From Eledone cirrhosa (taxonomy: Eukaryota): a DNA stretch of 64,000 nt. The notes beneath the pieces were generated by a model. It saw only the letters and a program-made list of their open reading frames with translations. It had not been told where the DNA came from and did not search any database. Where the stretch lies: the NCBI GenBank assembly GCA_964016885.1, contig OZ024741.1:271002001-271066000 (forward strand), read 5' to 3'. A program made the translations under genes and the position numbers. Positions 10,582 to 22,500 of the stretch are shown in pieces (position 1 is the first letter of the stretch; each line of letters opens with the position of its first letter).

Positions 10582-11498
10582 AACATCACAAGGAACATCC
10601 TAGGAACATCACAAACAACCTGGTCAAAAACATCTCCCTCCGCATATCCCGTTTGTCAGCTAATGAGCGGATATTCGATGAACATGCGCCTTATTACAAC
10701 CAGGCCCTCAAGCGGAGTGGTTTCCGGGAGGAAATATCCTACTGTCCAGCTCCCATTAGCGGAACCAGCAGGAGACACCGCCGCTCACGCAATGTAACAT
10801 GGTTCAATCCTCCCCACAACGCAGAGGTGACTACTCCCATCGGGAAACTATTCTTTAGGCTCATTGAAAAACACTTCCCATTACAACACCGCTACCACAA
10901 CATAATTAACAAAAATACCATCAAACTCTCTTACAGCACTACACCAAACTTCGCACAAAACATCGTCTCTTCTAACAACAAAAAACTCAACCCCGATGGC
11001 AGAAATAACCTAAATAGCAGTGGAGAACCGACCAGGAGGTGTAACTGCCCGGATAGATCTATTTGCCCACTCGACAATAGATGCAGAGACCGTAATGTGA
11101 TCTACCAGTGCAACGTGAGGACGGATACCTCCAACAAAGCCTATATAGGACTTACCGCATGTGACTTCAAGACCCGGCTATACCAACATAGACATACCTT
11201 CCGAAACCCGGCCCGGCGTCACGCCACTACACTTTCGGGCCACATATGGGACCTCAAGGACAACAACATCACCTATGATCTCACTTGGAGATTACTGTCC
11301 AGAGCCAATTCTTACACGGGAGGACGCCGTCCGTGCAATTTATGCTCGGAGGAAACTTTACAAATGCTGTTTTCGACGGACCAACTCCTAAACAAGAAAG
11401 ATGAACTGGTTACTGCATGTAAACATAGATTGCGTAGGACTTACCTCGCCCTCAAACCCCATAATGACCCCGGGGGGGGGGGGGGGGGGGTAGACTAG
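10582..11498 (+). CDS. Penelope-like element RT thumb/linker plus C-terminal GIY-YIG endonuclease (truncated; CxCx5C linker resembles the Hydra clade)
   Basis: HPRNITNNLVKNISLRISRLS, RNVTWFNPP, IKLSYSTTPN, CNCPDRSICPLDNRC, NVIYQC...AYIGLT...FKTRLYQH, CNLCSEE, LLNKKDE..CKH. The first ~30 aa of the track ORF (from 10491) come from the inverted repeat. Confidence 0.85.
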
Positions 11499-12598
11499 GG
11501 CTATAACACCCCACTTGCCGATTTTGCAATGGGTAACCCCTGCTTGCCAAGGAAGATGTAAGATCTTCTTTGTATTCTTTTATCGCTTCCTTTATTTCCT
11601 TCCCCCCTCTCTCCTTTGTCCTTCTACCCCAGCTCTTCTCCTTTGTCGGCGTCTTTTCTCGCCCACCCGAGGCTGCCCTTTGGCCCCATGTAGCCTTAGT
11701 ACCCCCCCCCTCCCCTAGTCTATGATAGATTTGGCGGACTCCGCCCTTTATAGCAGTTGGCTTAGACCCCGGATACTTGCCCCCTTTTTCCGACCGCTCC
11801 CACTATTCTCTGTGCCCTCTATATTTCTTAGTGGCACTTATGCCTTATTTTTTCGTTTCAGTATTTCTTGCTTCGCTTTTCTTCTGGGCGGGGTGGATTC
11901 TGAATTTATTTTTCCGTATTCTACCTTTATTTCGTACGAACTTTCATGTAGCTTGTTTTAGATCTTTTAGAGTTAGCATTAGTATATATTTTTCTCGGGA
12001 CTCAGAATTATTATCTCGTACAAGTTCACTTTGCTGCACTGGGTCGTTGCTGGCCCGGGATGGAAACCTTTATTGTTTATTTCGTGGTAGTCTCTTTAGT
12101 ATTTTGGCCCCTTTTGTTGACCCGTCACCGTATCATTTACGTACTTATACCTCTTAAAAGGGTCCTTGCCTATACCGTCCCACCTAGTTCTTTTACTTAT
12201 TTCCTTATTTATTTATTTATTTTTTTATTTACTTCTTTCTTTCTTTATTTTATTCTCGCCTAACAATAGCCTGACACCTAGGTCGTAGAATTTAATTTAC
12301 TTTACTTTTTTCTTTACACTTATTTGCTTTTCTTCACTCTCAGTATTTTTTCTTTCCTATTTCTACCCCCCATTGTTCTACCTACCGTTCCGACTTCCTC
12401 CCCCTCCCCCTCCCCTGTATCTTCTTTGACCTCATGCCCAGCTGTAGCTGGCACTACCAACGCTTGATTGGGTCTACTCCACCCCCTCCCCTCTTTCTCC
12501 TACTGGCAGGTTTAGCCACCATCTCCCCTACTAATTTGCAACCACAGAATTACTACTGATTTTTGACAATCACTTTGACCATATGTATGTGTATATAT

Positions 12599-13064
<466 letters not shown>

Positions 13065-13083
13065 TCATTATTATTATCTCCCA

Positions 13084-13281
13084 GGGTGGTGAATTGACAG
13101 TATCGGTAGAGGGTCGGACGCAGTGCTTTCTATCATAGAGTTACACCCCTTTATGGTCTGAGTTCAAATCCCGCAGAGGTTAACTTTGCCTTTCATCCTT
13201 ACGGAGTCGATAAAATAAAGTACCAGTAATGTACTGAGATAATTGCTGGCCTTGTGCCAAAAGTAGAAACAATTATTATTA
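13084..13281 (+). mobile_element. Full-length tRNA-derived SINE with Nin/Deu-like core
   Basis: Degenerate A box (TGACAGTATCGG), B box GAGTTCAAATCCC, core GCCTTTCATCCTTACGGAGTCGATAAAATAAAGTACCAG, (TTA)n tail. Confidence 0.8.
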
Positions 13282-13475
13282 CCTCCCAACTAGCAGACTA
13301 ATGAGAGTAAGTTAAACAATCTTTCACTTTTTTTTTTATTGTGTTTTGTTTTGATATGCGCTCTAATTCCTGCTATTAATTTTATCTCTCACTCTTTTAA
13401 GTTGTGAAATAGACAGGTTTTACACACGTGGCTGTCGCAATCCAGCTCGCTACTCTATATCGCTGTATAATAGAT

Positions 13476-13585
13476 AATTGTTTCTACTTTTGGCACAAGG
13501 CCAGCAATTATCCCAGTGTATTACTGGTAATTTATTTTATCGACCCCGTAAGGATGAAAGGCAAAGTTAACCTCGGCGGGATTTA
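13476..13585 (-). mobile_element. Truncated copy of the same SINE
   Basis: Reverse complement of ~13165-13275. Confidence 0.8.
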
Positions 13586-13969
13586 TGACATTTAATGTCC
13601 GTTAAAGGTTCTTGGCACTACCATTGTTACTATCGCTTTCCTCTAGTCATGGGACTTGGAGACATGAGCCGAATGCTACCATTCTATTGTACATAGATGT
13701 GGGACTGCTTTTTCTAATAACCATTTTTTCACTTCTTATTAATTTGTGTTTGAGACACGTTGGCTGGGGCTTCTGACGGGAGAGAAAATATTTGTTTTCT
13801 ATTGTCCCGCCACCACGTAAAGTTTGTAAATCGGTGGCTGGTCGGGGAACAGAGTTGCATCAGATCCCAGTTGCTAATCACTTTACTGTGTCGGCTGTCA
13901 CAAACAGTCATGGCCGGCATGGGCTGGGGTTTGGATTCTGTGGATCGATTGGTTATTGATTAGACGATA

Positions 13970-14080
13970 CCCGCTGATGAAGTCACATACGCCGATTATG
14001 CATTGTTGCGTAATATATGCAGACAGAGGGTGCAGTGCACCCTACTGCTGCATTAAGTGTGGCCGAAACTCGAATCCGGG
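13970..14080 (+). ncRNA. Type I hammerhead ribozyme motif with a large branched stem II
   Basis: CCCG-CTGATGA-a-GTCACA...TGTGGC-c-GAAA-ctcgaa-TC-CGGG; 4-bp stem I, predicted cleavage after 14076; two nested hairpins inside stem II. Confidence 0.7.
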
Positions 14081-14312
14081 AACTACTATAGGTACCCGTT
14101 TACGTGTGTTGTATTGAAGCGAATAACTGTGTATACACTGGGGATGTATCCTACATTACCTATTGAGTACGCTGAGATACAACCGGACCTGGCATTGATA
14201 AATATGCTGGATCCGTCAACGCCTTATTATATATATGTGTGTGTATGTGTGTGTTAGAGAGAGGAGTGAGCAAACAAGCAAAATGATAAAGATGGATAGA
14301 TAGGTGAATGGG

Positions 14313-14356
<44 letters not shown>

Positions 14357-14467
14357 AGAAAGTCTTCCATCTATTTTTGTGGTATACTTAATTAGAATCG
14401 GTGGTCAAACTGGTTCTTTTTTTCTATTATCTGATATGAAAAGATAGTTCAATTGTACACACCCAAT

Positions 14468-14503
<36 letters not shown>

Positions 14504-14519
14504 TTATATATATATGTAA

Positions 14520-14561
<42 letters not shown>

Positions 14562-14620
14562 TTATATTTATATGTAAGTATACATATTTATATACATATA
14601 TATGTGTATATATATATATA

Positions 14621-14652
<32 letters not shown>

Positions 14653-14684
14653 CATACATACACATATATGTATGTGAGTGTCTC

Positions 14685-14718
<34 letters not shown>

Positions 14719-14725
14719 CGTGCGA

Positions 14726-14972
14726 AGGCACGTGGCCCAGTGGTAAGGGTGTAGGACTTACGATCATAATGTCGTGGGTTTGATTCCTTGTCCGAGATGT
14801 GTGTTGTGTTCTTGAGCAAAACACTTCATTTCACGTTGCTCCAGTATACTGAACTGAAACTAAGTACCAGCAATAGCTGTTAGGGGTGTAGTCATATAGT
14901 TTCAGTCGCTTAACGCCACAGAAACTGGGATAAGCATGGACCTGAGGAGCCTCAGAGCTAAGGAAATACTAC
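14726..14972 (+). mobile_element. tRNA-derived SINE, second family
   Basis: A box TGGCCCAGTGG, B box GGTTTGATTCC, core TTGTGTTCTTGAGCAAAACACTT, 3' GTCGCTTAACGCCACAGAAACTGGGATAAGC. Confidence 0.75.
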
Positions 14973-15034
14973 ATATATATATCAGGAAGATGGGAAGGCA
15001 ACTAATTAACAAGTCGATGTGGGGGGGGGGGGAG

Positions 15035-16490
15035 AATTTCTGGAATCAGAAGTCAGGAAGGGTTTGAATAGATGCCTATCAATAAAGCTGTTGGTATCGA
15101 TGACCTGCCTACAGAACTTTTAAAGACAGACAACGAAACAATGATTAAGATATTGTGCTGACTATGCAATAGAATAGTAGAAACAGGTGAGTGGCAGTTT
15201 TTATTCCCATACCAAAGATCACCGGAACAACGAAATGTAGATCGCTCTCATTAGCCACATTCGTAAGATCATCCTGCTGGTTCTTTTAGAGAGAACGCAG
15301 AGAACGGTAGAAGAACAATGTGCTGACGAACAAATGGGTTTCAGAAGGAAGGTGGGGGACCAGGGATCAGATTTTCAATATAGGATTTATCATGGAAAAA
15401 GCAAGGGGGTTTAATGTGCCTTTGTATTTAGCATTTGTAGATTATAAAAAGACATTTAACTCTGTATTACATTCAACGCTTTGGAACGTATTGAAGAGGA
15501 TGGGAGTGAATGACACAATGGTGAAATTATTAAAGAATTGTATGACGAGAGTGGAAAAAGAGCTCACATAATGGTTCACTGTAAACAGAGGAGTTCGACA
15601 GGGATGCCTGGTGTCGCCTTTGGCATTCAATCTTTACTCTGAGGAGGTGATGAGAACGTCAGTAGATACGCTCTCCTGGATCGGGGTTACTGTTGGTGGG
15701 AAAGAGATCAACAACCTGTGGTATGTTGATGACATAGTGCTCATAGCAAACTCAGCCACAAATCTACAAACACTGCTGGATAAATTTACAGAATATCAAG
15801 GGAATATCGTCTAGCGATCAACACTAAAAAGACAAAAGTAATGGCAGCAACTAGACAGAAGGAATGAATGAACATAGGCTTGAACAAGTCGAGAAATTCA
15901 AATACCTTGATTCAATACTTGAGCAGACGGCAGTGGGAAGTTGGGAAATAAGGGCGAGATTAACAACTGCAAGAACAGTCCTGAGCACACTCAGCAGCCT
16001 TTGGAAGGATAGAGCTCTTACAAAGTCCACCAAAAAGAAAGTAATCAAAACATTAGTGTGGCCGGTAGCTATATAAGGTTGTGAATTATGGACTTTAAAG
16101 GTATCTGAGTCGAAACGACTGAGTGCATTTGAAATGCTATGCTTTAATCATGCACTTCCAATTAGCTGGACAGTTCACAGAACAAATTAATCTGTTCTGG
16201 AAGAGATTGGTGCCAATCGACAGTTGGTTGAAACAATAAGGAAAAGGAAACTTCAGAATTTTGACCATGTCATCAGGGCCAAAAATTTGACTACCAACAT
16301 TCTTGGGGGTCACATGCAGGAGAAAAGGGCCAGGGGATGACAGAAAAGGAGATGGACAGATGATATTAGGGAGTGAACAGGAAGGAGTTTGGTGGAACGT
16401 ATGGCAATGGCAAGAAACGGGAAAAGATGGAGAGTGGTGGTCCATAATTCCATGACCCCGACTCTCAGATATGAGGATGAGGATGGGATA
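15035..16490 (+). pseudogene. Decayed 5'-truncated RTE-clade LINE reverse transcriptase
   Basis: Frameshifted motifs KAVGIDDLPTELLK, VFIPIPK, GTRDQIF, LYLAFVDYKKTFNSV, GVRQGCLVSPLAFNLY, NLWYVDDIVLIA, LEQVEKFKYL; short (GATGAG)n tail. Confidence 0.9.
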
Positions 16491-16498
16491 AAAAAGTA

Positions 16499-16563
<65 letters not shown>

Positions 16564-16570
<7 letters not shown>

Positions 16571-19500
16571 TCGAGTTATAGTCGATCTTATGTAGAAGTC
16601 AACCCCCTATTTTGGGGGCAAAAATCTGGAATTTTCCATAGACCTCGTATATAAGTCGACTCAGGTATTTCCTGGAAAACAAATCAAGATTTGTGAGTCA
16701 AGGCATCATCCTGCAGAAATAACGGTGATAAACACGTCAAAAATTTAAGGTAAATTTACGTTATTGCAAATAAATGTCTGAAACTAAAAAATTACACAAA
16801 CGTGTGCCTACCCTACTGTAGCCTGTCCTACTGTAGCCTACACTACTGTAACCTGTACTACTGTAGCCTGTCCTACTGTAGCCTGTACTACTGTAGCCTA
16901 CCTTGCTGTAGCCTGTACTACTGTAGCCTACCTTGCTGTAGCCTGTACTACTGTAGCCTGTCCTACTGTAGCCTACACTACTGTAACCTGTACTACTGTA
17001 GCCTACCTTGCTGTAGCCTGTACTACTGTAGCCTACCTTATTGTAGCCTGTCCTACTGTAGCCTACCTTACTGTAGCCTGTACTACTGTAGCCTGTCCTA
17101 CTGCAGCCTGCCCTACTGTAGCCTGTACTACTGTAGCCTGCCCTACTGTAGCCTGCCCTACTGTAGCCTGTCCTACTGTAGCCTGTACTACTGTAGCCTG
17201 TACTACTGTAGCCTGTCCTACTGTAGCCTGTCCTAGTGTAGCCTGCCCTACTGTAGCCTGCCCTACTGTAGCCTGTCCTACTGTAGCCTGCCCTACTGTA
17301 GCCTGTCCTACTGTAGCCTGCCCTACTGTAGCCTGTCCTACTGTAGCCTGTCCTACTGTAGCCTGTCCTAGTGTAGCCTGTCCTACTGTAGCCTGTCCTA
17401 CTGTAGCCTGTCCTACTGTAGCCTGTACTACTGTAGCCTGTCCTACTGTAGCCTGTCCTAGTGTAGCCTGTCCTACTGTAGCCTGTCCTACTGTAGCCTG
17501 CCCTACTGTAGCCTGTCCTACTGTAGCCTGTCCTACTGTAGCCTGTCCTAGTGTAGCCTGTCCTACTGTAGCCTGTCCTACTGTAGCCTGTCCTACTGTA
17601 GCCTGTCTTACTGTAGCCTGTCCTACTGTAGCCTGTCCTACTGTAGCCTGTCCTACTGTAGCCTGTCCTAGTGTAGCCTGTCCTACTGTAGCCTGTCCTA
17701 CTGTAGCCTGTCCTACTGTAGCCTGTCCTACTGTAGCCTGTCCTAGTGTAGCCTGTCCTACTGTAGCCTGTCCTACTGTAGCCTGTCCTACTGTAGCCTG
17801 TCCTACTGTAGCCTGCCCTACTGTAGCCCGTCCTACTGTAGCCTGTCCTACTGTAGCCTGTCCTAGTGTAGCCTGTCCTACTGTAGCCTGTCCTACTGTA
17901 GCCTGTACTACTGTAGCCTGTCCTACTGTAGCCTGTCCTAGTGTAGCCTGTCCTACTGTAGCCTGTCCTACTGTAGCCTGTCCTACTGTAGCCTGTCCTA
18001 CTGTAGCCTGTCCTACTGTAGCCTGTCCTAGTGTAGCCTGTCCTACTGTAGCCTGTCCTACTGTAGCCTGTACTACTGTAGCCTGTCCTACTGTAGCCTG
18101 TCCTAGTGTAGCCTGTCCTACTGTAGCCTGTCCTACTGTAGCCTGCCCTACTGTAGCCTGTCCTACTGTAGCCTGTCCTACTGTAGCCTGTCCTAGTGTA
18201 GCCTGTCCTACTGTAGCCTGTCCTACTGTAGCCTGTACTACTGTAGCCTGTCCTACTGTAGCCTGTCCTACTGTAGCCTGTCCTAGTGTAGCCTGTCCTA
18301 CTGTAGCCTGTCCTACTGTAGCCTGTACTACTGTAGCCTGCCCTACTGTAGCCTGTCCTACTGTAGCCTGTCCTACTGTAGCCTGTCCTAGTGTAGCCTG
18401 TCCTACTGTAGCCTGTCCTACTGTAGCCTGTCCTACTGTAGCCTGTACTACTGTAGCCTGTCCTACTGTAGCCTGTCCTACTGTAGCCTGTCCTAGTGTA
18501 GCCTGTCCTACTGTAGCCTGTCCTACTGTAGCCTGTACTACTGTAGCCTGTCCTACTGTAGCCTGTACTACTGTAGCCTGTCCTACTGCAGCCTGTCCTA
18601 CTGTAGCCTGTCATACTGTAGTCTACCCTACTGTAGCTTGTCCTACTGTAGCCTACCCTACTGTAGCCTGTCCTACTGTAGCCTGTACTATTGTAGCCTG
18701 TCCTACTGTAGGCTGTCCTACTGTAGCCTGTCCTACTGTAGCCTGTCCTACTGTAGCCTGTCCTAATGTAGCCTGTCCTACTGTAGCCTACACTAATGTA
18801 GCCTGTACTACTGTAGCCTACCTTACTGTAGCCTTAACTACTGTAGCCTGTCCTACTGCAGCTGCCCTACTGTAGCCTGTACTACTGTAGCCTGCCCTAC
18901 TGTAGCCTGTCCTACTGTAGCCTGTCCTACTGTAGCCTACACTACTGTAGCCTGTCCTACTGTAGCCTGTCCTACTGTAGCCTGTCCTACTGTAGCCTGT
19001 CCTACCGTAGCCCGTCCTACTGTAGCCTGTCCTACTGTAGCCTGTACTACTGTAGCCTGTCCTACTGTAGCCTGCCCTACTGTAGCCTGTACTACTGTAG
19101 CCTGTCCTACTGTGGCCTGTCCTACTGTAGCCTGTCCTACTGTAGCCTGTCCTACTGTAGCCTGTCCTACTGTAGCCTGTCCTACTGTAGCCTGTCCTAC
19201 TGTAGCCTACCCTACTGTAGCCTACCCTACTGTAGCCTGTCCTACTGTAGCCTACACTACTGTAGCCTGCCCTACTGCAGCCTGTCCTACTGTAGCCTAC
19301 CCTACTGTAGCCTGTACTACTGTAGCCTACCCTACTGTAGCCTGTACTACTGTAGCCTGCCCTACTGTAGCCTGCCCTACTCCAGCCTGTACTACTGCAG
19401 CCTGCCCTACTGTAGCCTGCACTACTGTAGCCTGTACTACTGTAGCCTGCCCTACTGTAGTGTGTACTACTGTAGCCTGTCCTACTGTAGCCTGTCCTAC

Positions 19501-22500
19501 TGTAGCCTGTCCTACTGTAGCCTGTCCTACTGTAGCCTGTCCTACTGTAGCCTACCCTACTGTAGCCTGTCCTACTCTAGCCTGCCCTACTGTAGCCTAC
19601 CCTACTGTAGCCTGTCCTACTGTAGCCTGTACTACTGTAGCCTGTCCTACTGTAGCCTGTCCTAATCTAGCCTGCACTACTGTAGCCTGTACTACTGTAG
19701 TCTGTCCTACTGTAGCCTGCCCTACTGTAGCCTATCCTACTGTAGCCTGTACTACTCTAGCCTACCCTACTGTAACCTGTCCTACTGTAGCCCACCCTAC
19801 TGTAGCATGTCCTACTGTAGCTTACACTACAGTGGCCTGTCCTACTGTAGCCTGTCCTACTGAAGCCTGTTCCACTGTAGCCTGTCCTTCTGTAGCCTGT
19901 ACTACTGTAGCCTGTCCTACTGTAGCCTGTCCTACTGTAGCATGTCCTACTGTAGCCTACACTATTGTAGCCTGTACTACTGTAGCCCGTACTACTGTAG
20001 CCTGTACTACTGTAGCCTGTACTACTGTAGCCTGTCCTACTGTAGCCTGTCCTACTGTAGCCTCTACTACTGTAGCCTGTACTACTGTAGCCTGTACTAC
20101 TGTAGCCTACACTACTGTAGCCTGTACTACTGTAGCCTGTCCTACTTTTCCTGTCCTACTGTAGCCTACACTAGTGTAGACTGTACTACTCGAGCCTGTA
20201 CTACTGTAGCCTGTCCTACTGTAGCCTGTCCTACTGTAGCCTGTCCTACTGTAGCCTGTCCTACTGTAGCCTGTCCTACAGTAGACTGTCCTACTGAAGC
20301 CTGTCCTACTGTAGCCTGTCCTACTGTAGCCTGTCCTACTGTAGCCTGTCCTACTGTAGCCTGTCCTACTGTAGCCTGTCCTACTGTAGCCTGTCCTACA
20401 GTAGACTGTATTACTGTAGCCTGTCCTACTGTAGCCTGTCCTACTGTAGCCTGTCCTACTGTAGCCTGTCCTACTGTAGCCTGTCCTACTGTAGCCTGTC
20501 CTACTGTAGCCTACCCTACTGTAGCCTGTCCTACTGTAGCCTGTCCTACTGTAGCCTACACTACTGTAGCCTGCCCTACTGCAGCCTGTCCTACTGTAGC
20601 CTACCCTACTGTAGCCTGTACTACTGTAGCCTATACTGCTGTAGCCTACACTACTGTAGCCTGTCCTACTGTAGCCTGTCCTACTGTAGCCTGTCCTACT
20701 GTAGCCTGTCCTACTGTAGCCTGTCCTACTGTAGCCTGTCCTACTGTAGCCTGCCCAACTGTAGCCTGTCCTACTGTAGCCTGTACTACTGTAGCCTACC
20801 CTACTGTAGCCTACCATACTGTAGCCTGTAGTACTGCAGCCTGTCCTAGTGTAGCCTGTCCTACTGTAGCCTACCCTACTGTAGCCTGTACTACTGTAGC
20901 CTGTCCTACTGTAGCCTGTCCTACTGTAGCCTACCCTACTGTAGCCTGTCCTACTGAAACCTGTCCTACTGCAGCTGCCCTACTGTAGCCTGTACTACTG
21001 TAGCCTGCCCTACTGTAGCCTGCACTACTGTAGCCTGTACTACTGTAGCCTGCCCTACTGCAGTGTGTACTACTGTAGCCTGTCCTACTGTAGCCTGTCC
21101 TACTGTAGCCTGTCCTACTGTAGCCTGTCCTACTGTAGCCTGTCCTACTGTAGCCTACCCTACTGTAGCCTGTCCTACTCTAGCCTGCCCTACTCTAGCC
21201 TACCCTACTGTAGCCTGTCCTACTGTAGCCTGTACTACTGTAGCCTGTCCTACTGTAGCCTGTCCTACTGTAGCCTGTCCTACTGTAGCCTGTCCTACTG
21301 TAGACTGTCCTAATGTAGCCTGTCCTACTGTAGCCTACCCTACTGTAGCCTGTCCTACTGTAGCCTGTCCTACTGTAGCCTACACTACTGTAGCCTGCCC
21401 TACTGCAGCCTGTCCTACTGTAGCCTACCCTACTGTAGCCTGTACTACTGTAGCCTGTCCTACTGTAGCCTGTACTACTGTAGCCTACCCTACTGTAGCC
21501 TGTCGTACTGTAGCCTATACTGCTGTAGCCTACACTACTCTAGCTTGTCCTACTGTAGCCTGTCCTACTGTAGCCTGTCCTACTGTAGCCTGTCCTACTG
21601 TAGCCTGTCCTACTGTAGCCTGACCTACTGTAGCCTGTACTACTGTAGCCTACCCTACTGTAGCCTACCCTACTGTAGCCTACCATACTGTAGCCTGTAC
21701 TACTGTAGCCTTCCTACTGTGGCCTACCCTACTGTAGCCTGTCCTACTGAAACCTATCCTACTGCAGCTGCCCTACTGTAGCCTGTACTACTGTAGCCTG
21801 CCCTACTGTAGCCTGCACTACTGTAGCCTGTACTACTATAGCCTGCCCTACTGTAGTGTGTACTACTGTAGCCTGTCCTACTGTAGCCTGTCCTACTGTA
21901 GCCTGTCCTACTGTAGCCTGTCCTACTGTAGCCTGTCCTACTGTAGCCTACCCTACTGTAGCCTGTCCTACTCTAGCCTGCCCTACTGTAGCCTACCCTA
22001 CTGTAGCCTGTCCTAGTGTAGCCTGTCCTACTGTAGCCTACCCTACTGTAACCTGTCCTACTGTAGCCCACCCTACTGTAGCATGTCCTACTGTAGCTTA
22101 CACTACAGTGGCCTGTCCTACTGTAGCCTGTCCTACTGTAGCCTGTCCTACTGTAGCCTGTACTACTGTAGCCTGTCCTACTGTAGCCTGTCCTACTCTA
22201 GCCTGCACTACTGTAGCCTGTACTACTGTAGTCTGTCCTACTGTAGCCTGCCCTACTGTAGCCTATCCTACTGTAGCCTGTACTACTGTAGCCTACCCTA
22301 CTGTAACCTGTCCTACTGTAGCCCACCCTACTGTAGCATGTCCTACTGTAGCTTACACTACAGTGGCCTGTCCTACTGTAGCCTGTACTACTGTAGCCTG
22401 TCCTACTGAAGCCTGTTCCACTGTAGCCTGTCCTTCTGTAGCCTGTACTACTGTAGCCTGTCCTACTGTAGCCTGTCCTACTGTAGCATGTCCTACTGTA

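Larger units (their letters stand above)
10171..12584 (+). mobile_element. 5'-truncated Penelope-like element with an inverted pseudo-LTR at its 5' end
   Basis: 10367-10581 is an essentially perfect reverse complement of 12370-12584; the internal ORF encodes a post-RT region and GIY-YIG endonuclease; inserted in (TA)n. Confidence 0.85.
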
